A stretch of 63,510 nt of DNA, filler included. It is 4 parts of 4 records of this genome, joined end to end, with 100 filler letters (N's around TTAATTAATTAA, not from the genome) between each part and the next. Parts side by side here need not be neighbours in the genome. Positions count along the whole stretch, not along the records: positions 22,198 to 35,992 come from SRR20825010_2999; positions 36,093 to 63,510 come from SRR20825010_3005; 2 more parts are not named here. One strand, written 5' to 3'. Numbering within the stretch: position 1 is the first letter of the stretch; each line of letters begins with the position of its first letter. This document shows positions 29,097-40,844 of this stretch, piece after piece. The notes beneath the pieces are model-generated. The model ran no database searches, had not been told where the DNA came from, and saw nothing but the letters and a program-made list of their open reading frames with translations. Made by a program: the position numbers and the translations under genes.

Positions 29097-30932
29097 ATGA
29101 GCATTATCCGTCGCCTCAGCGAAGGGACGATCAACCGCATCGCCGCAGGCGAAGTGGTGGAGCGGCCTGCAAGCGCGGTGAAGGAAATCGTGGAGAACGC
29201 ACTCGATGCGGGCGCGCGGCAGATCGACATTATCATCGGTGGAGGCGGGGGTGATCTCATCCGTGTGACCGATGACGGGATTGGCATGAGCGCCGATGAC
29301 CTGATGCTGGCCATCGAACGTCATGCAACATCGAAACTGACCCACGCGGCAGACGGGCGCGAAGACCTGCATGATGTGGCGACACTGGGATTTCGCGGTG
29401 AAGCCTTGCCCTCGATCGGGGCTGTGGCACGTTTGGCAATTGTCAGCCGACCGAAAGACGCCGACAGCGCCATGCGGATCAGCGTGGAAGGCGGCAAGGC
29501 ATCGGCTGTGGAACCCGCCGCCGGACCTGTTGGCACACGCATCGAAATCCGCGATCTTTTCTATGCCACCCCTGCACGGCTCAAATTTCTCAAAGGCGAG
29601 CGCTCCGAAACACTGGCGGTCAGCGATGTTGTAAAACGCCTCGCCATGGCGCATCCCGAAATCGGTTTCTCACTGACCAGCGAAACGCGCAACATGCTGC
29701 GCCTGCCGCCCGAAGGGCCGGGCGACGCGGGCCGGTTGGCGCGTCTTGGGGCGATCATGGGCCGCGATTTTGCCGAGAATGCCGTGCCGATCGATGCAAC
29801 ACGCGAGGGCATAGGCCTGACAGGTTTTGCCGGATTGCCGACCTATAATCGCGGCAATGCGCAGATGCAGTTTCTCTTCGTCAACGGGAGGCCTGTGCGC
29901 GACAAGCTGATCGTGGGCGCGGTGCGCGGGGCCTATGCCGATTATCTGGCGCGCGACCGCCATCCCGCTGTCGCGCTTTTTGTCGAGATCGATCCGCGCG
30001 ATGTGGATGTGAATGTGCATCCGGCAAAAGCGGAAGTGCGCTTCCGTGACGCTGGTCTGGTGCGTGGCCTGATTGTGGGCGCGTTGAAACATGCGCTACA
30101 TGCGGCGGGCCATCGGGCATCGACCACTGTGGCTGATGCTGCATTGGGTGCGCTCCGCAGCGAGCAGGTGCCATCACCTTCCTTCGGGCAAAGCTTTCCG
30201 CCTGCAAACTGGCAAGGTGGATTTGCTGCCCCGGTCGCACCTCAATCCGGCCAGTGGCAAAATGCTTTTGCCGATCTTGGCGCGCATTCCGCCCGTGTGG
30301 AACCTATGGCCGCCGAGTTCGCTGCACAAACGGGTGAGCAGCCGGTGGATACGCCACCTCTGGGTGTGGCGCGCGGACAATTGCACGAGACCTATGTGAT
30401 TGCGCAAACAGCCGACGGCATTGTCATTGTCGATCAGCATGCCGCGCATGAGCGTCTTGTTTATGAGCGCATGAAAAAGGCGATGGCCGAGCGCGGTGTG
30501 GCCCGCCAGATCTTGCTGATCCCCGAAGTGGTGGAACTGGACGAGGCGGAAGCCGAACGACTGACAGCGCGAGCCGGTGAATTGTCCGAGCTTGGGTTTG
30601 TGCTGGAAGCCTTTGGCGAGGGCGCTGTTGTCGTGCGCGAAGTGCCTGCGATTTTTGGCAAACTTGATGTCGCCGGTCTGGTGCGTGATCTGGCTGACGA
30701 TCTTTCCGAACTCGACGAGGCTTTGTCTCTGAAGGAACGTCTTGAGCATGTCTGCGGCACGATTGCCTGCCATGGCTCGGTGCGGGCGGGGCGTCGGCTG
30801 ACGGGCGAAGAGATGAATGCCTTGCTGCGCGAGATGGAGGCAACGCCCCATTCGGGCCAGTGCAATCATGGCCGCCCCACCTATGTGGAACTGAAACTCA
30901 GCGATATCGAGAGATTGTTCGGGCGGAAGTAA
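29097..30932 (+). CDS. mutL: DNA mismatch repair protein MutL
   Basis: [30 protein letters not shown] and CNHGRP. Confidence 0.97.
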   Translation: MSIIRRLSEGTINRIAAGEVVERPASAVKEIVENALDAGARQIDIIIGGGGGDLIRVTDDGIGMSADDLMLAIERHATSKLTHAADGREDLHDVATLGFRGEALPSIGAVARLAIVSRPKDADSAMRISVEGGKASAVEPAAGPVGTRIEIRDLFYATPARLKFLKGERSETLAVSDVVKRLAMAHPEIGFSLTSETRNMLRLPPEGPGDAGRLARLGAIMGRDFAENAVPIDATREGIGLTGFAGLPTYNRGNAQMQFLFVNGRPVRDKLIVGAVRGAYADYLARDRHPAVALFVEIDPRDVDVNVHPAKAEVRFRDAGLVRGLIVGALKHALHAAGHRASTTVADAALGALRSEQVPSPSFGQSFPPANWQGGFAAPVAPQSGQWQNAFADLGAHSARVEPMAAEFAAQTGEQPVDTPPLGVARGQLHETYVIAQTADGIVIVDQHAAHERLVYERMKKAMAERGVARQILLIPEVVELDEAEAERLTARAGELSELGFVLEAFGEGAVVVREVPAIFGKLDVAGLVRDLADDLSELDEALSLKERLEHVCGTIACHGSVRAGRRLTGEEMNALLREMEATPHSGQCNHGRPTYVELKLSDIERLFGRK

Positions 30933-30943
30933 AAGTCTGTGGC

Positions 30944-31660
30944 TCAGGCCGGTGCAATGGTTTGCAGGAAGTCGCGCAAATCATCGGTGGCGTGATGCAC
31001 ATGTGCGCCGTCGCCGCCTTCATGGGAAAGTTTCTGATAACGCTCCGGTCCGGCCACGCCCTGTGGACGCACCCAAATGGTCGTCATGCCGATTTCATGC
31101 GGGACGGCAAGATTGCGTGGCAGGTCTTCGAACATGGCGGCGCGTTGCGGGATGACTCCGCTTGCCGCGATGAAGCGGTCATAGGCCGCGCGTCCCGGTT
31201 TGGGCGCATATTCGGTTGTCACAATGTCGTAGATCGCGTCGAAAGCATCGGCAATGCCGAGCCGGTTGATCACATTCTCTGCGTGACGCACCGAACCATT
31301 GGTGAAGATGACTTTGCGACCTGGCAGGCGTGAAATGGCAGTCCCCAGATCGGGAGCCGGGTCCACGACACTGACATCAATGTCATGTACATGGTCGAGA
31401 AACGCCGCCGGGTCCATGGCATGAACCGCCATCAGACCAGCCAGCGTTGTTCCATGCTCGACATAGAAGCTTTTCTGGATTCGGCGCGCCTCGTCATGGG
31501 CAAGCTTGAGATATTCGGCAATGAAGCCCGTCATCCGCAGGTCGATCTGAGAAAAAAGATCACAGGCGGAGGGATAAAGCGTGTTGTCGAGATCAAAAAC
31601 CCAATGTTCGACGTGATCGAAACCCGATGTCACGCTCGTCAGCTTGCTCCCGTCCGGCAT
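30944..31660 (-). CDS. Pyrimidine 5'-nucleotidase (HAD superfamily)
   Basis: FDLDNTLY, HGTTLAGL, FTNG, PKP and FEDLPRNL. Confidence 0.9.
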   Translation of the reverse strand: MPDGSKLTSVTSGFDHVEHWVFDLDNTLYPSACDLFSQIDLRMTGFIAEYLKLAHDEARRIQKSFYVEHGTTLAGLMAVHAMDPAAFLDHVHDIDVSVVDPAPDLGTAISRLPGRKVIFTNGSVRHAENVINRLGIADAFDAIYDIVTTEYAPKPGRAAYDRFIAASGVIPQRAAMFEDLPRNLAVPHEIGMTTIWVRPQGVAGPERYQKLSHEGGDGAHVHHATDDLRDFLQTIAPA

Positions 31661-31722
31661 CCGGCACGCTCCTTCATTGATATGTTTATCAATGCCGTGT
31701 CCGACGGTTGCTTGCAAGTGTT

Positions 31723-33300
31723 TCAGTGGCCGCCGCAAAGCGCAGTGGAGGTGCCAACTGAAAGGCCTGTCGCTTCGGAAATGACGCAGGAGTGGCCGGC
31801 ATTGCCTTTGGGTGCAGGCACGCCCTTACCCAGCACAAAGCGTACAGCATGCGCGCCGGCGAGCCCCGCGGGATAGCGCGGGATGGGTTTGACGATTTTG
31901 AAATAATTGTCTTTGGCGACGAGAGCACCCGACGCGACGAGCTGGGAAATGCCCAAGCCGGAAGGCAGCACGTCATAAGGAATGGCGGGCGCGGGGCCGG
32001 TAACATCCTTGGCGTCGATCGTCGCAAGACCAGCGGGATAATAAAGCGAGGCGCTGCGCCATGTCTTTTCGTCGAACCCCTTGGGTATTTTTGTCTGGCT
32101 GTTGCGCTTCACGCTATTGATGGCGAGTGAGGGCAGGGAGATGTCGCGCGCGCTATAGGCGGCGATGACGGCGACGGGTTCGCGCTCAAGCGCACGGGTG
32201 ACAACACCGCGCGCTGTGATGGCGGCGAGCGAATTCATGTCCGAGAAATAAGAAAAGCAATCGGATGCTTTGATGAAAGTGATTTTTTCTTTTGCGATGC
32301 GGGTTGCGCCGGAACCCGGCGGCGAGATGGTGCCCATACTACCCGACGGTCTGCCCATGATGACCACATGCGACACGCGCGAAATATCGCCGGTGAAATC
32401 GAAGATCATGCGGCCGTAGGAATTCAAAACCAGATAGAGCGGCGCTTTGCCCGCTTCGATATTGACGATGGTCGATGTGGTTTCAAGATCAAGATCGCCG
32501 ATGGCGACAGGTGACACCATCTGGCCTCCATAGGTGCCATAGACAATGACCTGATCGCTGGCGCCCGGTTTGGGCAATAGACACTTGCGGGCTTCCCTGT
32601 TGAAGGCCTCCGCGGTGGAGAGCGACTGACGATAAGTCTTGTTGGCCTCTTTGAATTCCTCGGTGGAAATAACCTTGTCGTGATTTGTGTCCACAAGGTC
32701 AAAGGTCCGCACCAATACGCTCTTCAATTCGGCGTCTGAAAGGCGGTTGTCCTTGTTCGTGTCGAAGGCGAGAAAGGCGGCGGCAGGCACAGGGCGCGTG
32801 CGACGCTTGTCCGGGTCAGGCGGCAGGGTCAGTGCTTCATCAAGCGTGACAATGCCGTCGCTGTTAAGATCAAGCTGCATGGCTCTGTCGACGTCGCGTG
32901 TGCGGTCGGCTTCGGTGCGGCGCAAGCGGGCAGGAAGAGCGCCTGCGATTTCATCGCGTGTCAGTTTTCTGTCGGCGTCGAGATCAAGCGAGACGAAACG
33001 CATCACCTGTTGCGCGCGCGTAGCCGCGATACGCTGCTCATCCAGAATGTCGACGTCGCGCTTGTCGAGCCCGTCGCCGTCACGGTCGATCTGTCCGATG
33101 ACACGCGTGACTTTGTTTTCAAGATCGGCATATTGATCGCCCGCGCGCAACTGCCCAAAGACGGGCAGAGGCATGTCAGTGACGGCAGGTGTCGCGGCAT
33201 CGGCCATTGCAGGCGCGGTAAAAGCGAAAATCAAAATGCCCGTGCGGGCGACAATCTGTTGAACCTTCACGCGACTTATCCCCGTTCTGTTTTCCCTCAT
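31723..33300 (-). CDS. Secreted EF-hand-repeat protein with unknown C-terminal domain
   Basis: Signal-peptide-like N-terminus and loops DRDGDG, DLDADRKLTRDE, DLNSDGIVTLDE, DTNKDNRLSDAE and DTNHDKVISTEE. Confidence 0.82.
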   Translation of the reverse strand: MRENRTGISRVKVQQIVARTGILIFAFTAPAMADAATPAVTDMPLPVFGQLRAGDQYADLENKVTRVIGQIDRDGDGLDKRDVDILDEQRIAATRAQQVMRFVSLDLDADRKLTRDEIAGALPARLRRTEADRTRDVDRAMQLDLNSDGIVTLDEALTLPPDPDKRRTRPVPAAAFLAFDTNKDNRLSDAELKSVLVRTFDLVDTNHDKVISTEEFKEANKTYRQSLSTAEAFNREARKCLLPKPGASDQVIVYGTYGGQMVSPVAIGDLDLETTSTIVNIEAGKAPLYLVLNSYGRMIFDFTGDISRVSHVVIMGRPSGSMGTISPPGSGATRIAKEKITFIKASDCFSYFSDMNSLAAITARGVVTRALEREPVAVIAAYSARDISLPSLAINSVKRNSQTKIPKGFDEKTWRSASLYYPAGLATIDAKDVTGPAPAIPYDVLPSGLGISQLVASGALVAKDNYFKIVKPIPRYPAGLAGAHAVRFVLGKGVPAPKGNAGHSCVISEATGLSVGTSTALCGGH

Positions 33301-33318
33301 CTTGGATAGGGCGACAAC

Positions 33319-33404
33319 GTAAAGTATTTGTTAAGTTTCCCGCGCGCGCGGCTAAAGCCTGCCAAGAAGATCCATAATCTGCAGTCTGATTAATGACCCC
33401 TTAA
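33319..33404. promoter_or_regulatory. Two putative CtrA boxes upstream of the DUF2336 gene
   Basis: TTAA-TGACCCC-TTAA at 33390-33404. TTAA-CAAATAC-TTTAC on the minus strand at 33319-33334. Confidence 0.6.
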
Positions 33405-33426
33405 GTCGTTTTGAACGACATTAGTC

Positions 33427-34716
33427 GTGTCGGAGATGAACATGCGATTTAACCTGCTCAAGAAGCTCTTTTCCTCGGAGACTTTGCCTGCGCGGCTGGG
33501 CTATGAGGACGCGCGTGCCGTGCTGGAAAGCCAATCGCTGGCCGCCAAACGCGAACTGGCTGCCCGCCCCGACGCGCCGCCTGAAACGCTCTATTTTCTC
33601 GCCAATGATGAAGACGCGCAGGTGCGCGCGCTGGTTGCCGCTAATCCCTCGACACCCATTCAGGCCAATGAGGGGCTGAGCCTTGATGTGGAAGGCGATG
33701 TGCGGGCGGAGCTTGCCCGCAAGATCGGGCGCATTGTGCCCGATATGAAATACACGGAAATCAATGTTACCAGCAGTCGCGTAATGGCTTTGCTGGAGCG
33801 ACTGGCGAAAGACGAGGTAACGCGGGTTCGCCAGATCGTCGCCGAAGAAATAAAATCCTGTCCCAATGTGCCAAAGCGCCTTGCTGTGGCGCTGGCGCGT
33901 GACGCGGAACTCATCGTCTGCGCCCCTGTGCTGGAATACTCGCCTTTGCTGTCCGATGAAGATCTGATGGAGATCATCGCGACGACACGCGTGCAAGGTG
34001 CGCTGGAAGCTATCGCACGTCGCCGCAGCGTTGATGGCTCGCTGGCTGATGCCATTGTCGCCACGTTGGAAATACCCGCGATTGCACAATTGCTGGCCAA
34101 TCCCAATGCCGAGATCCGCGACGACACGCTCGACCAGATTATCTCCGAGGCAGCCTCAATCGAAGCATGGCATTTGCCGTTGGTCATGCGGCCAGCTCTA
34201 TCCTTGCGAGCGATCAGACGTATTTCCATTTTTGTTTCGCGAGCTTTGATTGATGAACTGGCGAGACATGCTTCGCTGGACGAAGAGACGTTGATCCATC
34301 TCAAGTCGCGGGCACAGTCGCGCATCGAGAGCAATGCAGACGATGTGGCGCCGACACCAGGAAAGACGCTGCTCAATATCAAACGCGCATTTGATGAAGG
34401 TAAGTTGGGGGATGATCTGGTCTCGCAGGCCGCGTCGCTTCAGCAAAAGGCTGCAGTGGTGCAGGCCTTGTCTCTCAAAACCGGTATCGATCAATCCATT
34501 GTCACGCGGATCATTGAGGCAAAAAGCGGCAAGGGCATTGCAGCCTTGTGCTGGAAAGCTGGCCTGAGTATGCGCACAGCTTTGTCTGTGGAAATTTTTG
34601 TCGCCAATGTTGCGCCAGATGCACGCGTGCTGCCACGTGGCGGTATTGACTATCCGATGGACGATAAAGAGATGCTTTGGCACCTCAACTATTTTGGTGC
34701 GGAACCGAAAGCCTGA
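33427..34716 (+). CDS. DUF2336 domain protein
   Basis: HEAT-like repeats and LARDAELIVCAPVLEYSPLLSDEDL…AIARR…LLANPNA. Confidence 0.88.
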   Translation: MSEMNMRFNLLKKLFSSETLPARLGYEDARAVLESQSLAAKRELAARPDAPPETLYFLANDEDAQVRALVAANPSTPIQANEGLSLDVEGDVRAELARKIGRIVPDMKYTEINVTSSRVMALLERLAKDEVTRVRQIVAEEIKSCPNVPKRLAVALARDAELIVCAPVLEYSPLLSDEDLMEIIATTRVQGALEAIARRRSVDGSLADAIVATLEIPAIAQLLANPNAEIRDDTLDQIISEAASIEAWHLPLVMRPALSLRAIRRISIFVSRALIDELARHASLDEETLIHLKSRAQSRIESNADDVAPTPGKTLLNIKRAFDEGKLGDDLVSQAASLQQKAAVVQALSLKTGIDQSIVTRIIEAKSGKGIAALCWKAGLSMRTALSVEIFVANVAPDARVLPRGGIDYPMDDKEMLWHLNYFGAEPKA

Positions 34717-34717
34717 T

Positions 34718-35991
<1,274 letters not shown>

Positions 35992-35992
35992 G

Positions 35993-36092
35993 NNNNNNNN
36001 NNNNNNNNNNNNNNNNNNNNNNNNNNNNNNNNNNNNTTAATTAATTAANNNNNNNNNNNNNNNNNNNNNNNNNNNNNNNNNNNNNNNNNNNN
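35993..36092. other. Artificial contig-joining spacer
   Basis: N44-TTAATTAATTAA-N44. Confidence 0.98.
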
Positions 36093-37066
36093 GGAAAGAT
36101 GTATTTCTGGATGAAATCCGGGTTCCGGCGATAGGCTTCGAAATCCCTGTCATTGATGGTGATGATCTGCATGGCTGCACGGCCGGTATCGGTCAGGCGT
36201 GCTTTCACCTGATCGAAAAAGACCGGCCAATATTGCTCGCCCACAGCCTCGAACATCTCGATGGAGGCGATATGGTCAAAGCGTCCGTCCACGTCGCGGT
36301 AATCGCAGAGCTCGATGGAGACCTTGTCGGCGATGCCCTCGCGCTTGGCCCGTTCGATCGCGTAATCGTGCTGTTCCTGGGAGAGGGTGAGGCCGACGAC
36401 GCGGGCACCGTATTCGCGTGCGGCAACGGATGCGAAGCCTCCCCAGCCACAGCCGATTTCCAGCACGGTCTGGCCCGGCTCCAGTTGCAGCATGTCGGCG
36501 ATGCGCCGGTATTTACGGCGTTGTGCGGGCTCAAGGTCTTCTTCGCCCGGCTCGAAAACAGCAGACGAGTAGGTCATGCTCGGGTCCAGCCATTTTCCGT
36601 AGAAGGCGTTCCCGATGTCGTAATGATGGGCGATGTTGCGCCGGCTGCCGCTCTTGGTGTTGCGGTTGGAGAAATGCCCGAGGGTCTTCATGAAACGGCC
36701 GAGGCGGGTGCCGTCGAGCGCTTTCGCGAGGGCATTGCGGTTGGCGGCCCCGAACGCGAGCAAGGCGGTCAGATCGGGCGTATCCCAGGCGCCGTCCATA
36801 TAATCTTCGCCGAAACGAAGATCGCCTCCGAGCAGAAGGTGCCGGCATACGGCATCGCTCCGTAACAGCAAATGCGCTTTCGGGCCGGGCTCGGCTCCCT
36901 TGATGATATGGAGCTGGCCATTGGGTGTCTGCAGGTGCAGCTCGCCCATGCGGACAGCTTTCAGCATGAGCAGCACGACCCGAGTCCAGGGCATGAATGC
37001 ATTCGGTTTTGCCGGAAAATTGTCGCCCAGCGTGGAGGATATTTCGCAAATCTCGCGATCAGTCAT
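36093..37066 (-). CDS. Cyclopropane-fatty-acyl-phospholipid synthase family methyltransferase (UfaM/CfaS-like), 3' truncated
   Basis: SRRNIAHHYDIGN, LDPSMTYSSA, VLEIGCGWGG, SIEMFEAVG and DFIQKYIF. Confidence 0.92.
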
Positions 37067-37096
37067 TTCTGCTCGTCCCAATCTTGATCACTTGAC

Positions 37097-37930
37097 TTAC
37101 GCAGTATGGTGTTCGGTGGATGATTTTCCGCTGACGGAAACCGGATTTACGGGCGCTTCCGGCCGTTTATGGAAGACCGCTCCCTTGATCCAGAGTTTCA
37201 GGGCTTCCCAATGGATGCCCGCCACGACCTTTGCCGTGAGCAACGGATAGAGCAGGGCCATTTTAAGCAGGACCCGGTCGGTCATCGCTTCCCGCGTTCC
37301 GGTATGGGTGGCGACCAGAACCTCTCCCTCCGGCGTGTCCTGACGGATCAGGATCGAGAGGTTATCGTCCGGTTTCTTCAGGCGGAACCGGTAGGTCGCG
37401 GTCATGTCCATGAAAGGGGAAACGTAGAAACTCTTTTCACAGTTTTGCCGGATCGTGCCGCCGTTGCCCTGGCTCGGCTCGACCGGGATCAGATAGCAAT
37501 GCTGCTGGCCGAAAGTGTTCTTTACCTCATAGAGGATAGCTTGCAGGTGGCCGTTTTCATGATGACAAAAATAGATGGATAGTGGGTTGAAGACATACCC
37601 AAAAATTCTTGGAAAACAGTGAATTAAAACGCGCCCTTGAAGTGATTTATATCCAGCTGCGCGAAGCTGCTTCCGGACCCAGTCAAGGGCGGGACTGCCA
37701 TCGCGCGTTGCGTGATCGCGATCGAAGAAAGAAAACAGATTAAACCGGTTTCGGGAGAACAGGCGCAGCCTGCCTGCAAGAGCGTCGACCTCCTCCAGAT
37801 CCAGCAGCATGGAGAAAACCCGGTAGGTGAACCGGTGGCGGAACGGGATCAGACGTGCATGCATCACCATGCCGCGATAGAGGCACGACCGAGAGATTGT
37901 GTCGTCCGCAGGCGCTGTCATGTCAGTCAT
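37097..37930 (-). CDS. DUF1365 protein (UfaO-like)
   Basis: LYRGMVMHARL..FRHRFTY, PRIFGYVFNPLS.YFC, YEVKNTFG, FYVSPF and IHWEALKLW. Confidence 0.9.
   Translation of the reverse strand: MTDMTAPADDTISRSCLYRGMVMHARLIPFRHRFTYRVFSMLLDLEEVDALAGRLRLFSRNRFNLFSFFDRDHATRDGSPALDWVRKQLRAAGYKSLQGRVLIHCFPRIFGYVFNPLSIYFCHHENGHLQAILYEVKNTFGQQHCYLIPVEPSQGNGGTIRQNCEKSFYVSPFMDMTATYRFRLKKPDDNLSILIRQDTPEGEVLVATHTGTREAMTDRVLLKMALLYPLLTAKVVAGIHWEALKLWIKGAVFHKRPEAPVNPVSVSGKSSTEHHTA
37098..37123 (-). promoter_or_regulatory. Putative RpoE(ChrR)-type promoter upstream of the cfa-like gene
   Basis: TCATCC-N16-CGTA on the minus strand. Confidence 0.55.
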
Positions 37931-39269
37931 CACCGGCTTCACGGTCCAGAACGGCAGAGCCATTCCGGGAAAGCCAGCAGTCACTGGCCGGTGCGACATC
38001 TGTCTGCCAGGGCGGTGTAACCCCAAGGCTGCGGGCGACGGAAATGGCTGCTTTCAGGCCGTCCTCATGAAAGCCATAACCGCAATAGCTGCCACAGAAC
38101 CAGGTGTCGCGGACGCCTTGAATGCTGCCGAGATTTTCCTGCGCGCTGACAGCCGCACTGTCGAATACCGGATGAGTGTAGTTGAACCGGGCGAATTCCA
38201 GCGCCGGGTCGGGCTCCTGAAGCGGGTTCATAGTCACGAAGAGAGGGTGCTTTTCGTCAATACCCTGCAGCAGGTTCATCCAGTAGGTCAGGGCAACGGC
38301 GCGATCCATGTCTCGGCGGCCTTCCGCCAGATAGTTCCAAGAGGCCCAGGCCATGCGGCGCTTCGGCATCAGGCTGCTATCCCGGTGCAGGACCGCGACA
38401 TTGTCCTGGTAGCTGAAACAACCGAGCAGGGCGCGCTCCGCGTCTGTGGCGTCACTCAGCATGGCGAGAGCCTCATCGCCGTGGGCGCCGATGACAACCT
38501 GATCGTAATAAGTCTCGGAGCCGTCCGGCTCCTCGATCATCACGCCGGTTTCAAGACGCCGGATATGCCGGACCGGATGACCTGTCCGGATCTGTCCGCC
38601 GCGCTGTTCGATTTCCGCAGCGAGCCGCTGAACATAAGTGCGGGCCCCGCCATCGACGGTGAACCATTGGGGCCGGTTTGCATGTTTCAGCAGGCCATGA
38701 TTGACGAAGAAGCGGACAAAGCTGCGGGCCGGGAAGGCCAGCATGGTCTCGACCGGGCAGGACCAGATCGCGGCCCCCATGGGCAGCAGGTGATCGTACA
38801 GAAAGCCGTCGCCATAGCCTTCGCGTTTCAGGAATTCGCCGAGCGTAAGGTCGGGATCGCTCTCTTCCTCAAGCAGGCGCGGAGCGGCGCTGAAGAACCG
38901 CGCAACGTCGGCCAGCATTCTGTAATAGCTCGGCTTCAGGAGATTGGCCGGCTGCGCCACAAGTCCCTTGAGGGAGCCTTCATATTCGAGCGCACCATTA
39001 CCCACGGAAACGCTGAACGACATGTCGCTGAGCTTCGTCGGCACATCGAGGGCGGCGAACAGGCTGATCAGGTTCGGATAGGTCGCCTCGTTATAGACGA
39101 TGAAGCCGGTATCGACCGAAATCTGCTTGCCGTCATAATCAACGGAAACCGTGTTGCTATGGCCGCCGAGCCGGTCATTTGCCTCATATACGGTAACCTG
39201 ATGGCGCGAGGACAGCAGCCACGCCGCGCCAAACCCGGCGATACCGCTTCCGATAATGGCTATTCGCAT
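37923..39269 (-). CDS. FAD-dependent oxidoreductase / fatty acyl desaturase (UfaD-like)
   Basis: IAIIGSGIAG, RLGGHSNT, VDTGFIVYN..TYPN, WASWNY and GFHEDG. Confidence 0.9.
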   Translation of the reverse strand: MRIAIIGSGIAGFGAAWLLSSRHQVTVYEANDRLGGHSNTVSVDYDGKQISVDTGFIVYNEATYPNLISLFAALDVPTKLSDMSFSVSVGNGALEYEGSLKGLVAQPANLLKPSYYRMLADVARFFSAAPRLLEEESDPDLTLGEFLKREGYGDGFLYDHLLPMGAAIWSCPVETMLAFPARSFVRFFVNHGLLKHANRPQWFTVDGGARTYVQRLAAEIEQRGGQIRTGHPVRHIRRLETGVMIEEPDGSETYYDQVVIGAHGDEALAMLSDATDAERALLGCFSYQDNVAVLHRDSSLMPKRRMAWASWNYLAEGRRDMDRAVALTYWMNLLQGIDEKHPLFVTMNPLQEPDPALEFARFNYTHPVFDSAAVSAQENLGSIQGVRDTWFCGSYCGYGFHEDGLKAAISVARSLGVTPPWQTDVAPASDCWLSRNGSAVLDREAGDD

Positions 39270-39335
39270 TCCAATATTCCCCCGGAGCAAATCCTATCCG
39301 CGATGGTGCCCGCTGTGCAGCTAATTGATGTGTGA

Positions 39336-40790
39336 TTAAGCACACTTGGCGGCGTTGGCTTGAGACTCGTCACCCAGGCTTTTGAAAGCGGCGAGGGCTC
39401 TGGCGCGGCCGAATGCAAGATCGACAATGGGGGGCGGGTAATCCGGTGCCGGATTACCGGGAGCTTCCCATGGTTTATGCAGATATCTGTTCGGAACATT
39501 GGAAAGCTCCGGCACCCAGCGGCGGGTATATTCACCCGACTTGTCGAATTTTTCGCCCTGCAGAACGGGATTGAAGATCCGGAAATAAGGGGCTGCATCT
39601 GCGCCGGACCCGGCGACCCATTGCCATGAGGCGGCATTGTTCGCGAGGTCTGCATCGACAAGGGTATCCCAGAACCAGGCTTCGCCCGCACGCCAGTCCA
39701 CCATCAGATGCTTTACCAGGAACGAGGCGCAGATCATCCGCACCCGGTTATGCATGTAGCCGGTCTGCCAGAGCTCGCGCATGCCCGCATCGACGATCGG
39801 AATGCCGGTCATGCCGCGTTGCCAGGCATGCAGGGGCTTTTCCGCTCTGTCCCATGGAAAATGTTCATATTCCGGGCGCAGACAGGCGTGCGGCAGGTCC
39901 GGGTTGTGGAAGAGCTGGGCGGTCGAGAATTCCCGCCAGGTGAGCTCTTTCAGGAAATGCTCCGCCGAGCCGGAGAAAGGCTCGGCTCCGGACTGGATGC
40001 AATGCGCGACCGTGCGATGCCAGATCTGGCGCGGCCCGATTTCCCCGAAGTGAAGATGGGGCGAGAGACGGGAGACCAGCGGTTGCGCGGGGAAATCCCG
40101 GCCATTGCGGTAATCTTCCAGTGCGTTTTCCAGAAACCAGTCCAACTGTGCCTGCGCGCCGTCTTCTCCGGGTTGCCAGCAGGTGCTGAAACCGGATGCC
40201 CAGTCCGGATTGCGCGGCTGAAGCTTCCAGTCTTCAAGCTGCTCGCTTGGCGGCAAAACCTTCACGGACAAGATTTGATCGGGGGCGGGGCCTTCCGGTG
40301 CGGGATCTCCGAGAAGACGCATTGCCCGCCAGTAGGGGGAGTAAACCTTGGGGGGCGTACCGGATTTGGTTTTTACCTCCCAAGGCTCGAAAAGGAGGCC
40401 CGCGTTAAAGCTCTCCACTTCTATGCCATCATCCTTGAGAGCGCTTTTGAGCGCTTTATCGCGCTGGATGGCATAAGGCTCATAGCACCGGTTCCAGAGT
40501 ACGGCACGCGCCTCTGTCTCCGCCGCGAAGCTTCGGATGATCTCCGCTGCATTACCGCGCCTCAGAACCAGAGAGGCGCCCTGTTGTTGCAGGGAGTGTT
40601 GAAGTGCTGTCAGACTTTCATGCAGCCACCACCGGGAAGCACCGCCATGGGCACATTGCCCGGGTGTTTCCTCGTCCAGGACAAAGAGGGGAATGACCGG
40701 AGCTCCGGTCGCCACGGCCGTTGCCAGCGCCGGATTGTCGCTCAGTCTGAGATCCTGACGGAACCAGACAATGACAGGTTTTTCAGACAC
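39336..40790 (-). CDS. phrA: Deoxyribodipyrimidine photolyase (CPD photolyase)
   Basis: WFRQDLRLSDNPAL, SRLSPHLHFGEI, GMRELWQTGYMHNRVRM and WQWVAGSGADAAPYFRIFNP. Confidence 0.95.
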   Translation of the reverse strand: MSEKPVIVWFRQDLRLSDNPALATAVATGAPVIPLFVLDEETPGQCAHGGASRWWLHESLTALQHSLQQQGASLVLRRGNAAEIIRSFAAETEARAVLWNRCYEPYAIQRDKALKSALKDDGIEVESFNAGLLFEPWEVKTKSGTPPKVYSPYWRAMRLLGDPAPEGPAPDQILSVKVLPPSEQLEDWKLQPRNPDWASGFSTCWQPGEDGAQAQLDWFLENALEDYRNGRDFPAQPLVSRLSPHLHFGEIGPRQIWHRTVAHCIQSGAEPFSGSAEHFLKELTWREFSTAQLFHNPDLPHACLRPEYEHFPWDRAEKPLHAWQRGMTGIPIVDAGMRELWQTGYMHNRVRMICASFLVKHLMVDWRAGEAWFWDTLVDADLANNAASWQWVAGSGADAAPYFRIFNPVLQGEKFDKSGEYTRRWVPELSNVPNRYLHKPWEAPGNPAPDYPPPIVDLAFGRARALAAFKSLGDESQANAAKCA

Positions 40791-40818
40791 GCGCATACCC
40801 CTCTCAAGACACAAAGGA

Positions 40819-40844
40819 TACGATGGCAGGTCGAGGGTGGATCA
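40819..40844 (-). promoter_or_regulatory. Putative RpoE(ChrR)-type promoter upstream of the photolyase
   Basis: TGATCC-N16-CGTA on the minus strand, about 25 nt before the start. Matches the Rhodobacter sigmaE consensus. Confidence 0.72.
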
